This document shows, piece after piece, positions 45,573-55,700 of a stretch of DNA of 64,000 bases. Below the pieces are notes generated by a model, which had not been told where the DNA came from, ran no database searches, and was given only the letters and a program-made list of their open reading frames with translations. The stretch's first letter is position 1. The number at the start of each line of letters is the position of its first letter. Source of the DNA: an uncultured cyanobacterium (GTDB taxonomy: Bacteria > Cyanobacteriota > Cyanobacteriia > Cyanobacteriales > Cyanobacteriaceae); assembly GCA_963749915.1 (NCBI GenBank), contig CAVVOP010000022.1:512001-576000 (forward strand), given 5' to 3'. Position numbers and translations under genes: made by a program.

Positions 45573-45604
45573 ATTGTTCACTGTACTCTGCTATCTGTTC
45601 ACTG
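45573..45604. repeat. Heptamer array in the opposite orientation (TGTTCAC)
   Basis: ATTGTTCACTGTACTCTGCTATCTGTTCACTG. Confidence 0.85.
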
Positions 45605-45608
45605 AAAA

Positions 45609-46037
45609 GTGCAAGAATTTCAACTTAAGATAATTCCTTTAAAAGATAATAATTTTTTCTTAGAATTATATCAATGTGCTTACAAAAAAGCGGGACAAAA
45701 AAAACGCCCTTCGGCTCAATGTATGGGGAAAGTAAAAGGAAACAAGTTAGTTTTAATTAGACAGGCTATTTATCAAGTATTGAAAAGTAATAAATATAAT
45801 CCTCAAACTCTTTCTTATAAACGAAAATCTCCTTATATTTTAAATGAAGAATCAGGGACAAATTTAGCAATTTTATTTCAGACAATACAACCACTTAGAA
45901 AAGAAGACAAAATTGTTAATATTCGTGATGCAGTCATGGCAATGAGTAATGAAGAAGCTCATTATTGGTTTGCTAAAATTAATCACGGGAAACGTAATTC
46001 TGCTCTGAAGGCTTTAAGGATTTTACTGGGAGAATAA
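45609..46037 (+). CDS. Small basic hypothetical protein; probable DUF3780-analogue subunit of the restriction-like system
   Basis: 142 aa, GTG start, EESG..LA.LF...MS.EEA.YW..K pattern; context between DUF499/DUF1156/SNF2. Confidence 0.6.
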   Translation: MQEFQLKIIPLKDNNFFLELYQCAYKKAGQKKRPSAQCMGKVKGNKLVLIRQAIYQVLKSNKYNPQTLSYKRKSPYILNEESGTNLAILFQTIQPLRKEDKIVNIRDAVMAMSNEEAHYWFAKINHGKRNSALKALRILLGE

Positions 46038-46102
46038 ACAATAAATAATTAATATTAAAGGCTATAGTTAAACTATAAGATCAATTATCTTTACTGTAAA
46101 TT

Positions 46103-46336
46103 ATGATGAGCGAATTAATCACTGTAACTTATGATGGGGTAGTATTAACCCCAAAAACAGCATTAGATTTGGAGACAAATAAAGAATATCACATTCAAAT
46201 AATTTCTGATTCTAATCAATCCTCAATCATCGATGAGTTAAAGACTTCTGCTGATTTATACGCTGAAATTTATCAACAAGATTTAGAGTTACAACAGTTA
46301 ACCGATGTTGCTTGTGAGGATTTTATTGAAGAATGA
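46103..46336 (+). CDS. Putative antitoxin (AF2212/DUF104-like N-terminus)
   Basis: ITVTYDGVVLTP; overlaps the toxin start (ATGA). Confidence 0.7.
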   Translation: MMSELITVTYDGVVLTPKTALDLETNKEYHIQIISDSNQSSIIDELKTSADLYAEIYQQDLELQQLTDVACEDFIEE

Positions 46337-46685
46337 TTTTGACAAGAGGAATGATTATTAATGTCAATCTTAATCCCACTTTAGGTTCAGAAACAGGAAA
46401 AATTAGACCATGTATTATAGTAACAAATAATATTTATAATCAACGAGTACCAGTTATTCAAGTTGTACCTATAACTAATTGGACTGAAAAAAAGCAAGAA
46501 TTAAAACCAATATTGAAATCAATCCTACTGTTACTAATAATTTAGATAAAAAATCTATTGCTGATTGTTTACAAACTCGTCCTATTGATTATAATTCTCG
46601 TTTTGTTAGTTTCAGAGGAGAATTAGAAAATGATCTTATCCAACAAATAGATACCGCCCTGAAAATAGTTTTTGCTTTAAATTAA
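46333..46685 (+). pseudogene. PemK/MazF toxin frameshifted in a poly-A tract
   Basis: LNPTLGSETGKIRPCIIV. Adding one A to the A7 run near 46490 restores KKARIKTN...IADCLQTRPID...ALKIVFALN*. Confidence 0.8.
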
Positions 46686-46767
46686 TATTAATTCGATACA
46701 TTTATTTGAGAACGATCACTTTATAAACTCTAATTGAAGGTGGATTAGTAACAATTAAACATTTGTG

Positions 46768-46806
46768 ATTTTAACTCTTAAGAAGCTCAAAAACCGATCG
46801 CACTTT
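46768..46806 (+). repeat. Direct repeat, left of TA module 2
   Basis: ATTTTAACTCTTAAGAAGCTCAAAAACCGATCGCACTTT. Confidence 0.8.
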
Positions 46807-46848
46807 ATCCTATGATAGAAATACCCATTGTTTATTGTTTATTGAACT

Positions 46849-47064
46849 ATGTCTCAAATAATAACTGTTACCTATGACGGGGAAGTATTAAAACCTAGTC
46901 AAAAACTATTCTTAGATATAGGAAAAAAATATCAAATTGAATTGATAGACGATAATAACATACATTCTTTACCTGAAAATCAACCCCGAACAAATATACG
47001 CTCCCATGAATCATTTTTAAATGGATATGCTCCCGAAGATGAAGGATTATATGATGATTATTAA
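46849..47064 (+). CDS. Putative antitoxin (AF2212/DUF104-like N-terminus)
   Basis: ITVTYDGEVLKP, C-terminal FLNGYAPEDEGLYDDY; overlaps the toxin. Confidence 0.7.
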   Translation: MSQIITVTYDGEVLKPSQKLFLDIGKKYQIELIDDNNIHSLPENQPRTNIRSHESFLNGYAPEDEGLYDDY

Positions 47065-47380
47065 AGCAGGGGATTTTTGGGTAGCTAAAATAACTTTTAC
47101 TGATGGTATCAATTTTAAAAAACGTCCTGTGTTAATTCTTTGGTGTGACGGTGATGATGTTATTGTCGCTGTAGTAACATCCGCTCAACCTAGAACACAA
47201 ACTGATGTAGTTTTAAAAGACTGGCAAAAAAGTGGCTTAAAATTAGCCTCTACTGTACGTTTGTCTAGATTAGATTCTTTAGAAAAATCGTTATTGATAG
47301 CCAAAATTGGTCATCTCACTACTGATGATGCTCAAAATCTTCTCAATACTTGGAATAAATACATTAAACCTCAATTTTAA
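47051..47380 (+). CDS. PemK/MazF family toxin
   Basis: GDFWV..I.FTDG..FKKRPVLIL, SGLK..STVR. Confidence 0.85.
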   Translation: MMIIKAGDFWVAKITFTDGINFKKRPVLILWCDGDDVIVAVVTSAQPRTQTDVVLKDWQKSGLKLASTVRLSRLDSLEKSLLIAKIGHLTTDDAQNLLNTWNKYIKPQF

Positions 47381-47411
47381 CTCTTAACAAGCGCAAAAAA
47401 CGATCGCCTTT
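47374..47411 (+). repeat. Direct repeat, right of TA module 2
   Basis: ATTTTAACTCTTAACAAGCGCAAAAAACGATCGCCTTT. Confidence 0.8.
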
Positions 47412-47530
47412 CATTCTCAGCATATAATAATCAATCACCATTAATCTTAGTTCGCAGAACGTAAAACTATTAGCCTTGTAATTCATTACAAGGTGGGAAA
47501 ACTAAACACAACCCATAACTAATACCCATC

Positions 47531-50500
47531 ATGAGAAAACAATTATTCATCGAAAAAATTATGCCTGTAAAATTCCTCAATGAGCAGGTATATTATGAAC
47601 ATGGCGGTAATCCTTTCAAAGGTTTACATCGCTGGTATTCTCGTAAACCTTTATCTTTTTCCCGTGCTTCGGTGTTGGCTTCCCTTCTACCTGCCGATAT
47701 TACCATGGAAGAGTTTTTATATGTGATGGGTTTATATGGTGAAGATGATGTCAGGTTTTGGGAAAGTAGTAATAAATCTGAGGAAGAAAAGGATAAACTG
47801 CGGAATAATAAGCAGGTTAGGTTATATAAATGTCCTCCTAGTAATAAGCAAATTCAAAGGTTTGAAGAACTTTGTGAGCGGGTTTGGGGTACGAAAAAAC
47901 CGTCAATTTTAGATGCTTTTGCTGGCGGTGGCAGTATTCCTTTTGAGGGTGTGCGTTATGGTTTAAATGTTTTTGCTTCCGATTTAAACCCCGTGGCGGT
48001 AATTACCATGAAGGCGGCGATGGAATATCCATTAAAGTTTGGGGCAGATTTACAAACTGATATTGATAGATGGGTTAAATATGTGGGAGATGAGGCGGAA
48101 AAAAGGTTAGCTGAGTTTTTTCCTAATTCAGATCCTCCCCAGCCCCCCTTAACAAAGGGGGGAGAAGAAAAAGTCCCCCTTAGTAAGGGGGATTTAGGGG
48201 GATCAAATCAGAGTAGTACGATCCCTTCTAGCCCATCTTCAAATACTTCCACCGCCGATTTAGGGGAATCAAATCAGGAGAGTGAGATCCCCCCCAACCC
48301 CCCTTTGAAAGGGGGGAGTAAGGTTAAAAATGCTTCAAAAGAGGGGAATACGGAAACGGTGCAAAATTATCTTTGGGCGCATACTGTTACTTGCCCTCAT
48401 TGTCATTCTACTATTCCTCTTTCTCCTAATTGGTGGATCGATCGCTCTCCTTCTGCAATCAAAAATCATCGTATTTGTGCGGTTAAACCTATCCCTAATC
48501 TTGAAGAAAAACGGGTTGATTTTGAGTTAATAAAAGGCAAAAAAGGTAAAGGGACAACTATTACAGTTAACAGTGAACAGTTAACAGTGAACAATAGGGA
48601 GAGTGTAAATAACAGTCAACAGGTTATAGATTTTGATCCAAGTGATTACAATACCATCGGGCGAGGTGTAGGAAAATGTTGTAATTGTGGCAATGTGATT
48701 GAAGATGATGTTATTAAAAATCAAGCGCAAAACGGTAGGTTTAGGACATCAATTATATGCAATAGCTTTTAAGAAAGGAAAGGGAAGTTTAGAATTTAGA
48801 ATCCCTAATCAAATTGATTTAGAAGGTGTTAAAAAAGCAGAAGAATTTTTACAAGCTAAATCAGAAGAATATTAACGTTAATCAATTAATACCCTGAAAA
48901 CTACTTATAGTCATTGATGGTGAAAGAAGTACAGATGATTACAGAATATGGTATTGAAAAATGGCATAAATTATTTAACCCACGTCAATTATTAACCCTT
49001 GTTACTTATGTAGAAATAATTAACGAAGCCAAGGCAAAAATACAAGCAGAATATGAACCAGAAAAAGCCGAAGCAATTGTAACTTATTTGGCTTTGGTTT
49101 GCGATCGATGTGTTGATAGAAATTGTCGATTAGGCAGTATGGGATCCTTCAAGAACATAATGCACAAGGTAGCATCAGCACAACACGCATTAAATTTAAT
49201 GTGGAATTATCCTGAAACTAATGGAAGTAGATAGATTATGGAATGGTGTGCTGATACAGTTGCAGACGATTTTACGAAACTTTGCGAATATGTAAACCAG
49301 CAAAAAAAATCAAATCAACTAAATCTTTTAACAGAAAATTTCACTGATAAAACTATTAAAATTAACCTCGAATCTGCCGATAGTTTGTATCATATTCCTG
49401 ATAAAAGCATCGAAGCAATCATTACAGACCCACCTTATTACGGTACAATTCAATATGCCGAATTAGCCGACTTTTTTTATGTCTGGCAAAAGCGCACATT
49501 AGGAGATATATTTCCCGATATTTTCTGGCAAGAGTTAACGGATAAAGATAGAGAAGCCGTTGCCAACCCTTCCCGTTTCCGCAACATGGGAGTATCCGCT
49601 GATGAGTTAGCCAAACAAGACTACGAAGCAAAAATGGCGATGGCATGGAATGAAGCCTATCGGGTTTTAAGAGACGATGGGGTATTAACAGTACAATTTA
49701 ACCATAAAGAATCAGGGGCATGGGATGTATTAGCAAAAGCCTTAATTGATGCAGGTTTTGAAATTACCGCTAGTTGGGCAGTTTCCACCGAAAACCCCCA
49801 AAATCTCCATCAAGCAAAGAAAAACAGCGTATCTAGCACCGTTATTTTAGTATGTAGAAAACGTCAACAAGTCCCCCTTACTAAGGGGGATTTAGGGGGA
49901 TCAAGTCAAGGGAATGAGATCCCCCCTAGCCCCCCTTCAAAAGGGGGGAATAATAGCTTTCAGGGTGCGTGGTGGGATGACTTACGCCCCGAAGTCGCTA
50001 ATCAAGTAGAAGCAAGGGCAAGTTACTTCGAGGATAATGATATAACGGGCATTGACTTATATTTAAGTGCCTTTGGAGTCGCCTTAAACGTCTTTTCCAA
50101 GTCTTACCCCATCCTCGACAATACAGGTAACGAAGTGCGCCCAGAAGTTGCCTTTGCCGAAGCCAGAAAAGCGATCGCCAGTTATCGTTTCCGTAAACTA
50201 TTACAAACCGATACCGCAGGATTTGATGCCTTAACCCAATGGTATTTACTAGCTTGGGATGCTTTTTCTGCCCGTGAATTTCCTTTTGATGAAGCGAGAC
50301 AGTTAGCCTTAGCCATTGGTGGATTTAACGTTAATGACTTAACTAAGGAATATAAACTAATTGATTCAGCTAGTGGCACTTGTAAATTTTTAACTCCCCA
50401 ACAACGGCTGAAAAAACGAGCTTTTACCGTTAATCCTCAAGAATTTACCATTAAATACTTAATTGATGGTTTACACGCCTTAATAGCGGTTTATGAAGAT

Positions 50501-50698
50501 GAAGGCAACCTCGAAGCAGTACGCCAATTTATGAAGAAAACGGGGTTGAATAGTAATGATTTACTAACCAAGACGATCGAAGTTGCGTTTAAAGTGATTC
50601 CCGATAATGTCAAGGAGAAACAGACGTTAGTTAATTTGTGGTTGGGAATTGATGAGATTAAAACGAAGGTTGTTTATTTGCAGGGAGAGGTTTTTTAA
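47531..50698 (+). pseudogene. DUF1156 adenine DNA methyltransferase, split by clustered indels at ~48740-49240 (possibly sequencing errors)
   Basis: LHRWYSRKPL, DAFAGGGSIP (motif I), CPHC/CCNC zinc ribbon and TDPPY (motif IV). The three ORFs plus an intermediate frame (LGHQLYAIAFKKGKGSLEFR) form one gene. Confidence 0.85.
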
Positions 50699-50737
50699 GT
50701 AAGAAGTAAGAAGTAAGAAGTAAGAAGTAAGAAGTAA
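50696..50737. repeat. (TAAGAAG)n heptamer tandem repeat
   Basis: Directly visible after the methylase stop. Confidence 0.9.
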
Positions 50738-50756
50738 AAAGTTTAGTTTATGAAAA

Positions 50757-52145
50757 ATGATGAAGATAAAAGTAAGAAATTTAGGCACATTAAAACAAGC
50801 TGAATTCAATTTAGGTGAATTAACAATTATATGTGGTGGTAATAATACAGGAAAAACCTATGCTACTTATGCTCTATTTGGTTTTTTATCTATTTGGAGA
50901 CAAACCATAGAAATTGAGATTAAACAAACTCAAATTAATCAGCTTTTTCAGGAAGGAGTTATTAGTATTAACTTAGAAAAATACTTAAATAATGCAGAAA
51001 ATATTCTTAGGAAAGGATGTAAAAAATATACGAATATTCTGCCTAAAATTTTTGCCTCGTCCCCTGAAAACTTCAAAAATACAGAGTTTTTTATTGATAT
51101 AAATATATCAGATAATAAGCTCAATCAAAATCATGAAGAAATTATAGGATCAACTAACAAAAAGATATTTTCTTTAGTTAAATCAGAAAATAGTAATGAA
51201 TTAATTGTTACTTTACTCACGGAGGAAGAAAATCGAAAAATTCCCGATAATGTAATTAGAGAAATTATAGGTTCAGCCATAAAAAATATTATTTTTAAAC
51301 AGTTTTTTCCCAATTGTTTTATTGCTAGTGCTGAAAGAACAGGAAGTGCTATCTTTCGTAAAGAATTAAATTTTTCTCGTAATCGTTTGTTAGAAGAAAT
51401 TAGTCAAACTGATAAAAATATTGACCCCATTGAACTTTTACTTAAAGGTTATGATGATTATGCTTTACCAATTAAAGAAAATGTTGAATTTATTAGAAAT
51501 TTAGAGACTATTGCTAAAAAAACCAGTTTTGTAGCGGAAGAAAGTCCAGATTTATTGGAAAATTTTGCTGATATTATTGGTGGACAATATACTGTTACTA
51601 AAAATGATGAACTTTATTATATTCCTAAAGGAAAAAGAATCAAGTTATCAATGGATGAAAGTTCTAGTGCTGTACGTTCACTATTAGATATTGGTTTTTA
51701 TCTCAAACACATAGCAAAAAAAGGAGATTTATTAATTATTGATGAACCCGAATTAAACTTACATCCTGAAAATCAGAGAAGAATGGCTAGACTTTTCGCT
51801 AGATTAATTAATTTAGGGATCAAAGTATTTATCACTACTCATAGTGATTATATTATTAAAGAATTAAATACTTTAATTATGCTTAATCAAGATAAAACCT
51901 ACCTCAAAGAAATTGCTCAAAGAGAAGGTTATCAAGAAGATGAATTATTAACTGTGGAACAAATTAAAGTTTATATAGCAGAAGAAGCATTAATAAAATT
52001 AGATAATCGTCAGAGAAAAAGTCGTTGTCAAACTTTAACGCTAGCTAATATTACTCAAGATTTAGGCATTGAAATTAGTAGTTTTGATACTGCTATAGAA
52101 ACAATGAATCGTATTCAAGAAGAAATCATCTGGGGAGAAGAATAA
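50757..52145 (+). CDS. ABC-type (AAA_15/AAA_21) ATPase
   Basis: GGNNTGKT Walker A, SSSAV signature-like motif, LIIDEPELNLHP, TTHS. Confidence 0.88.
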   Translation: MMKIKVRNLGTLKQAEFNLGELTIICGGNNTGKTYATYALFGFLSIWRQTIEIEIKQTQINQLFQEGVISINLEKYLNNAENILRKGCKKYTNILPKIFASSPENFKNTEFFIDINISDNKLNQNHEEIIGSTNKKIFSLVKSENSNELIVTLLTEEENRKIPDNVIREIIGSAIKNIIFKQFFPNCFIASAERTGSAIFRKELNFSRNRLLEEISQTDKNIDPIELLLKGYDDYALPIKENVEFIRNLETIAKKTSFVAEESPDLLENFADIIGGQYTVTKNDELYYIPKGKRIKLSMDESSSAVRSLLDIGFYLKHIAKKGDLLIIDEPELNLHPENQRRMARLFARLINLGIKVFITTHSDYIIKELNTLIMLNQDKTYLKEIAQREGYQEDELLTVEQIKVYIAEEALIKLDNRQRKSRCQTLTLANITQDLGIEISSFDTAIETMNRIQEEIIWGEE

Positions 52146-52147
52146 GG

Positions 52148-52711
52148 GTGTATAGTTCTAATGATATAACTATTCTTGATCAGATAATTAAAGATAATGC
52201 CAAAGTACCTTTAATCGATAATTATGGTAAAAAACAAGTAAATTTAACTGAAACTCATGGAACAGATTATTCTGTAACTATAAGAGGAATTCCTGATGAT
52301 ACTTTAATCATAAAAATAGATCTATTTGAAGCTCCTAAAAGTTTATTTCAAGGAATAAAAGGGGAATGTAAACGTTGTGATTATGTAATTATTTCTGATT
52401 CTCCGATAAAAAAGATGATTGTATTAATTGAAATGAAAGCAGGTAAAGCCTTAGAGAAAGAAGTTATTCAGCAATTAAAAGGAGGTAAATGTTTAGTGAA
52501 ATACTGTCAACAAATAGGACAAGAGTTTTGGCGGGAAATAGACTTTTTGAATAATTATGATTATCGTTTTATTAGTTTAAAAAATATTAGTATATCTAAA
52601 AAATCTACTAGGAACAAGAAACAAGCACAATTACATGACTCTCCTGAAAATATGTTAAAAATTTACTCCCCAAAAGGATTACAATTTAATCAATTAATTG
52701 GTCAACCATAA
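52148..52711 (+). CDS. Hypothetical protein, putative PD-(D/E)xK nuclease
   Basis: CDYVII...LIEMK pattern; starts 2 nt after the ATPase stop. Confidence 0.55.
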   Translation: MYSSNDITILDQIIKDNAKVPLIDNYGKKQVNLTETHGTDYSVTIRGIPDDTLIIKIDLFEAPKSLFQGIKGECKRCDYVIISDSPIKKMIVLIEMKAGKALEKEVIQQLKGGKCLVKYCQQIGQEFWREIDFLNNYDYRFISLKNISISKKSTRNKKQAQLHDSPENMLKIYSPKGLQFNQLIGQP

Positions 52712-52754
52712 TCTATTAAAATATTTATTATTTACTACCGATTTCAATTTCTTC

Positions 52755-52786
52755 ATTGTTCACTATAGTCTGTTCACTGTTCATTG
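52755..52786. repeat. Heptamer array (TGTTCAC orientation) overlapping the DUF499 stop
   Basis: ATTGTTCACTATAGTCTGTTCACTGTTCATTG. Confidence 0.85.
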
Positions 52787-55700
52787 ACAGAGGCTTTCAA
52801 ATTAAGTCGCTCTACAGGATTACGTTTTAAAGCATCAAAAATCATATTAATTTCTGTGCCGTCAGGAGTAACAGGTGATGTAAAGTCGATCGTCAAACTA
52901 AGAGAAAGATTAGCTTGAGCAGAAGGAGAATTAAGCAAACTATTTAAAGTATTAAAAAAGCTCTGAAATCCTCTGGTATCACCCTGATATTCTAAACGAA
53001 TAAACTGCTCTTGTGCTTGAATAGTAACAGTTTGGTCAATCAATATTGACCATAATTGAGGACGATTTAATAAAGATAAACTGGTGCCTAACTTGCGGTA
53101 ATCCATCACTGAATCAACAGTAATAATCAAGGAAGAAAGAGCAGTAATTTTATAGTCTGAACATTGATCTTTTAGGTAAGTAAAAGTGGCGTTTACAGTA
53201 CCTTCTTTGACAATTTCTGATGGTTTTAACTGAAAAATATCAGGTTCAGGATTAACAATATATCCCCCAGAAGGCTCTTTTACTCCTATGGTTGCTAAAC
53301 TAACCGTGGTTTCTTGAATAGCTGTTTCCCCACTACCATAGTCAGCTACGACTTTAAATATCGTTAACTTCTCAATTGCAGTGGTATATTCATCACTAGG
53401 GCGAAAATCATCCTTGATTAAACTATTATCCTGATAAAGACTAACCATCAAAGCACCTTTCGCTTTCCATCGCACCCTCACCTCTTTTGTTTCTTGATTA
53501 ATTACTTGAGCCGAAAGCTGAATTACTTTTGGTTCGGGGGGTTTTAATATACCTCGACGATAAAGAGTGTAATTGTCGGAAAATTCGATAATCTCAGGTA
53601 AATTAGATAAACCTGTATCAGTTTTGATATACATTTTCTCACCTAGCTGCATATCCCAAACCCCTTCAGTTAAGCCTTGACGAATAGTATCCCGTAATAA
53701 AGATATCTCTGCATCTAGTAAAAACTTCAAACTTAAATCCTTGGCAAAGGTTTCTTTCAGTGCCATAGTGCTGATAGAATCTAAACCTTTTGCCCATACC
53801 TTCTGCATAATATAAGCAGGTGCATAAGCTTTTAAAGGCTCATCGGAACGTACTTTTTGACAATCCTTAAGGGCTTTGAGTATGACATCTTGTTGGTTAT
53901 TTTTCCCCTTAACAGTGCTAGAATCTTGAGCTGGTAAAACGTAATGCTTTAAACCATCGGGAGCTTTGACTGGGTCATTGTCAGGATAGAATAAATGACG
54001 ATAGGCATTAGTTAAAGCAATTCGTACCTCTAAATCCTTCGCCCCATACCTTTGTTTTAACTGTTTTTGTTGACTTTCTGATAAGTCTTCTAAACGAGTT
54101 TGAGAATTAAGAATATTGTGGATAGCCTTATATTCTCTAGTAATATCGATCGCTCTGTCTATTTCCGCTTTATTTGCCAATAAAAATAGTAAACGATTAC
54201 GATAGATCCTAAATCGTCCCGATTCACCTGTATTATTAAATATTTGAGTAATGAAACTGGGAGCAGTATCAGTGGCATTAGTAATAATGGCTTCATCAAA
54301 ATCGAGCACGCACAAGGCGATTTCATCTGCCCGATCATCTACATCAGAAGAACTATCAGGGGCAGAAATTAAAGTAAATAACTTTTTAGCAAAAATACTG
54401 TCTCGACGGGTGCGTAATTCTTCTTTGGCTTCACTACGTCCGATTTGTTCTTTTTCTTCACTAATAATTTTATTAATTGATGGCTCTTCCTTAAACCGAG
54501 CAATATTGCTAATCGGATCTACATCTAAATACCAGGCTACTGCTTGTAAATTATTCAAGGCTCGATCGACAAAATTAGCATCTAACCCTGGTGTTAATAA
54601 AGATAAATTTAATTCCCCTAAGCGAATTCCCGCACTAATACCATAATTGAGAGAATGGAGGAAAATAGTTCTCCCAATATAGGAAGAAAAAGGGGGTTTG
54701 CCTGCTGTTAACCATTCTTCATCTTGTTGTTGAGCGTAAGCGAGTCTGCCACTGGGATTATAAATATCGGCATTAACCGCAGGACGCATGGTTCCTCTCT
54801 GTATTCTTGAGGTTAAATCATCGGTAATATTTTTTTCTAAGCCCACTGGTAAATGATGGGTATGAATCAAAGGAATATATTCAGGGGGATTTTGCCACAG
54901 ATAACGCACTAATTGAGCCAGTAATCTTAAGGCACCCCTGGTCTTCTGAAATTCAGGAATAGCAGCTATTTTCTTGGTTAAGAGGTTAAATAACTCAGGA
55001 TGAAAAGGATAACTTTGAGCGATCGCTTCTCCATAGGTAGCATCTTTGCAACTATCAGGTAAGTTGAGATGATTGGTTTTATAAGTTTGCAAATAAGTTT
55101 TAGCGATAGTGTCAGCGGTATCAACGTTAACCGAATCAAACAAACGCTGTTTGACTATATTGTAAATTTCGACATCAGTACTAGGAGTTAAGACTCTTTC
55201 TTGACGGGCAGAAGCACTAATTAACTCTTTTAATTCATTGGTATCCTCCGCAAAAGTATCACTACTAGAAGCCAAAGAATAGACTAAAACTAAATTATTA
55301 GTAGCAGAAGCTAAATCCATCAGGGAGAAAAGAAAATTAACCACCTGTTTAGCTAAATTACTATCTTGTATTGCTTTCCCTTTGGCAGTACTAAGATAAC
55401 GGGCAATTTCATCCAACATAATCACCGTGGGTCGATTATTCACTAAACGTTCAATCACAGAAGTACCGGGACTGACTCCAGAGCGATCGCTTTTTTGTAA
55501 AAGTTGATAACCTTCTATGTGTCCTATTTGATAAGCAATCTCTCCCCATAAGGTATAAGTCGTGATACCGGTATCTTGATGATAAATGCCATTCTCAGGA
55601 TCTAAATCTCTCCCATCAATAGCTGCCACTTGAATGGTATCGGCAGGGATAATCTCTAAATCAGTAAAACGTTCTAAAGCCTGAATCTTTCTGCCCTGTT

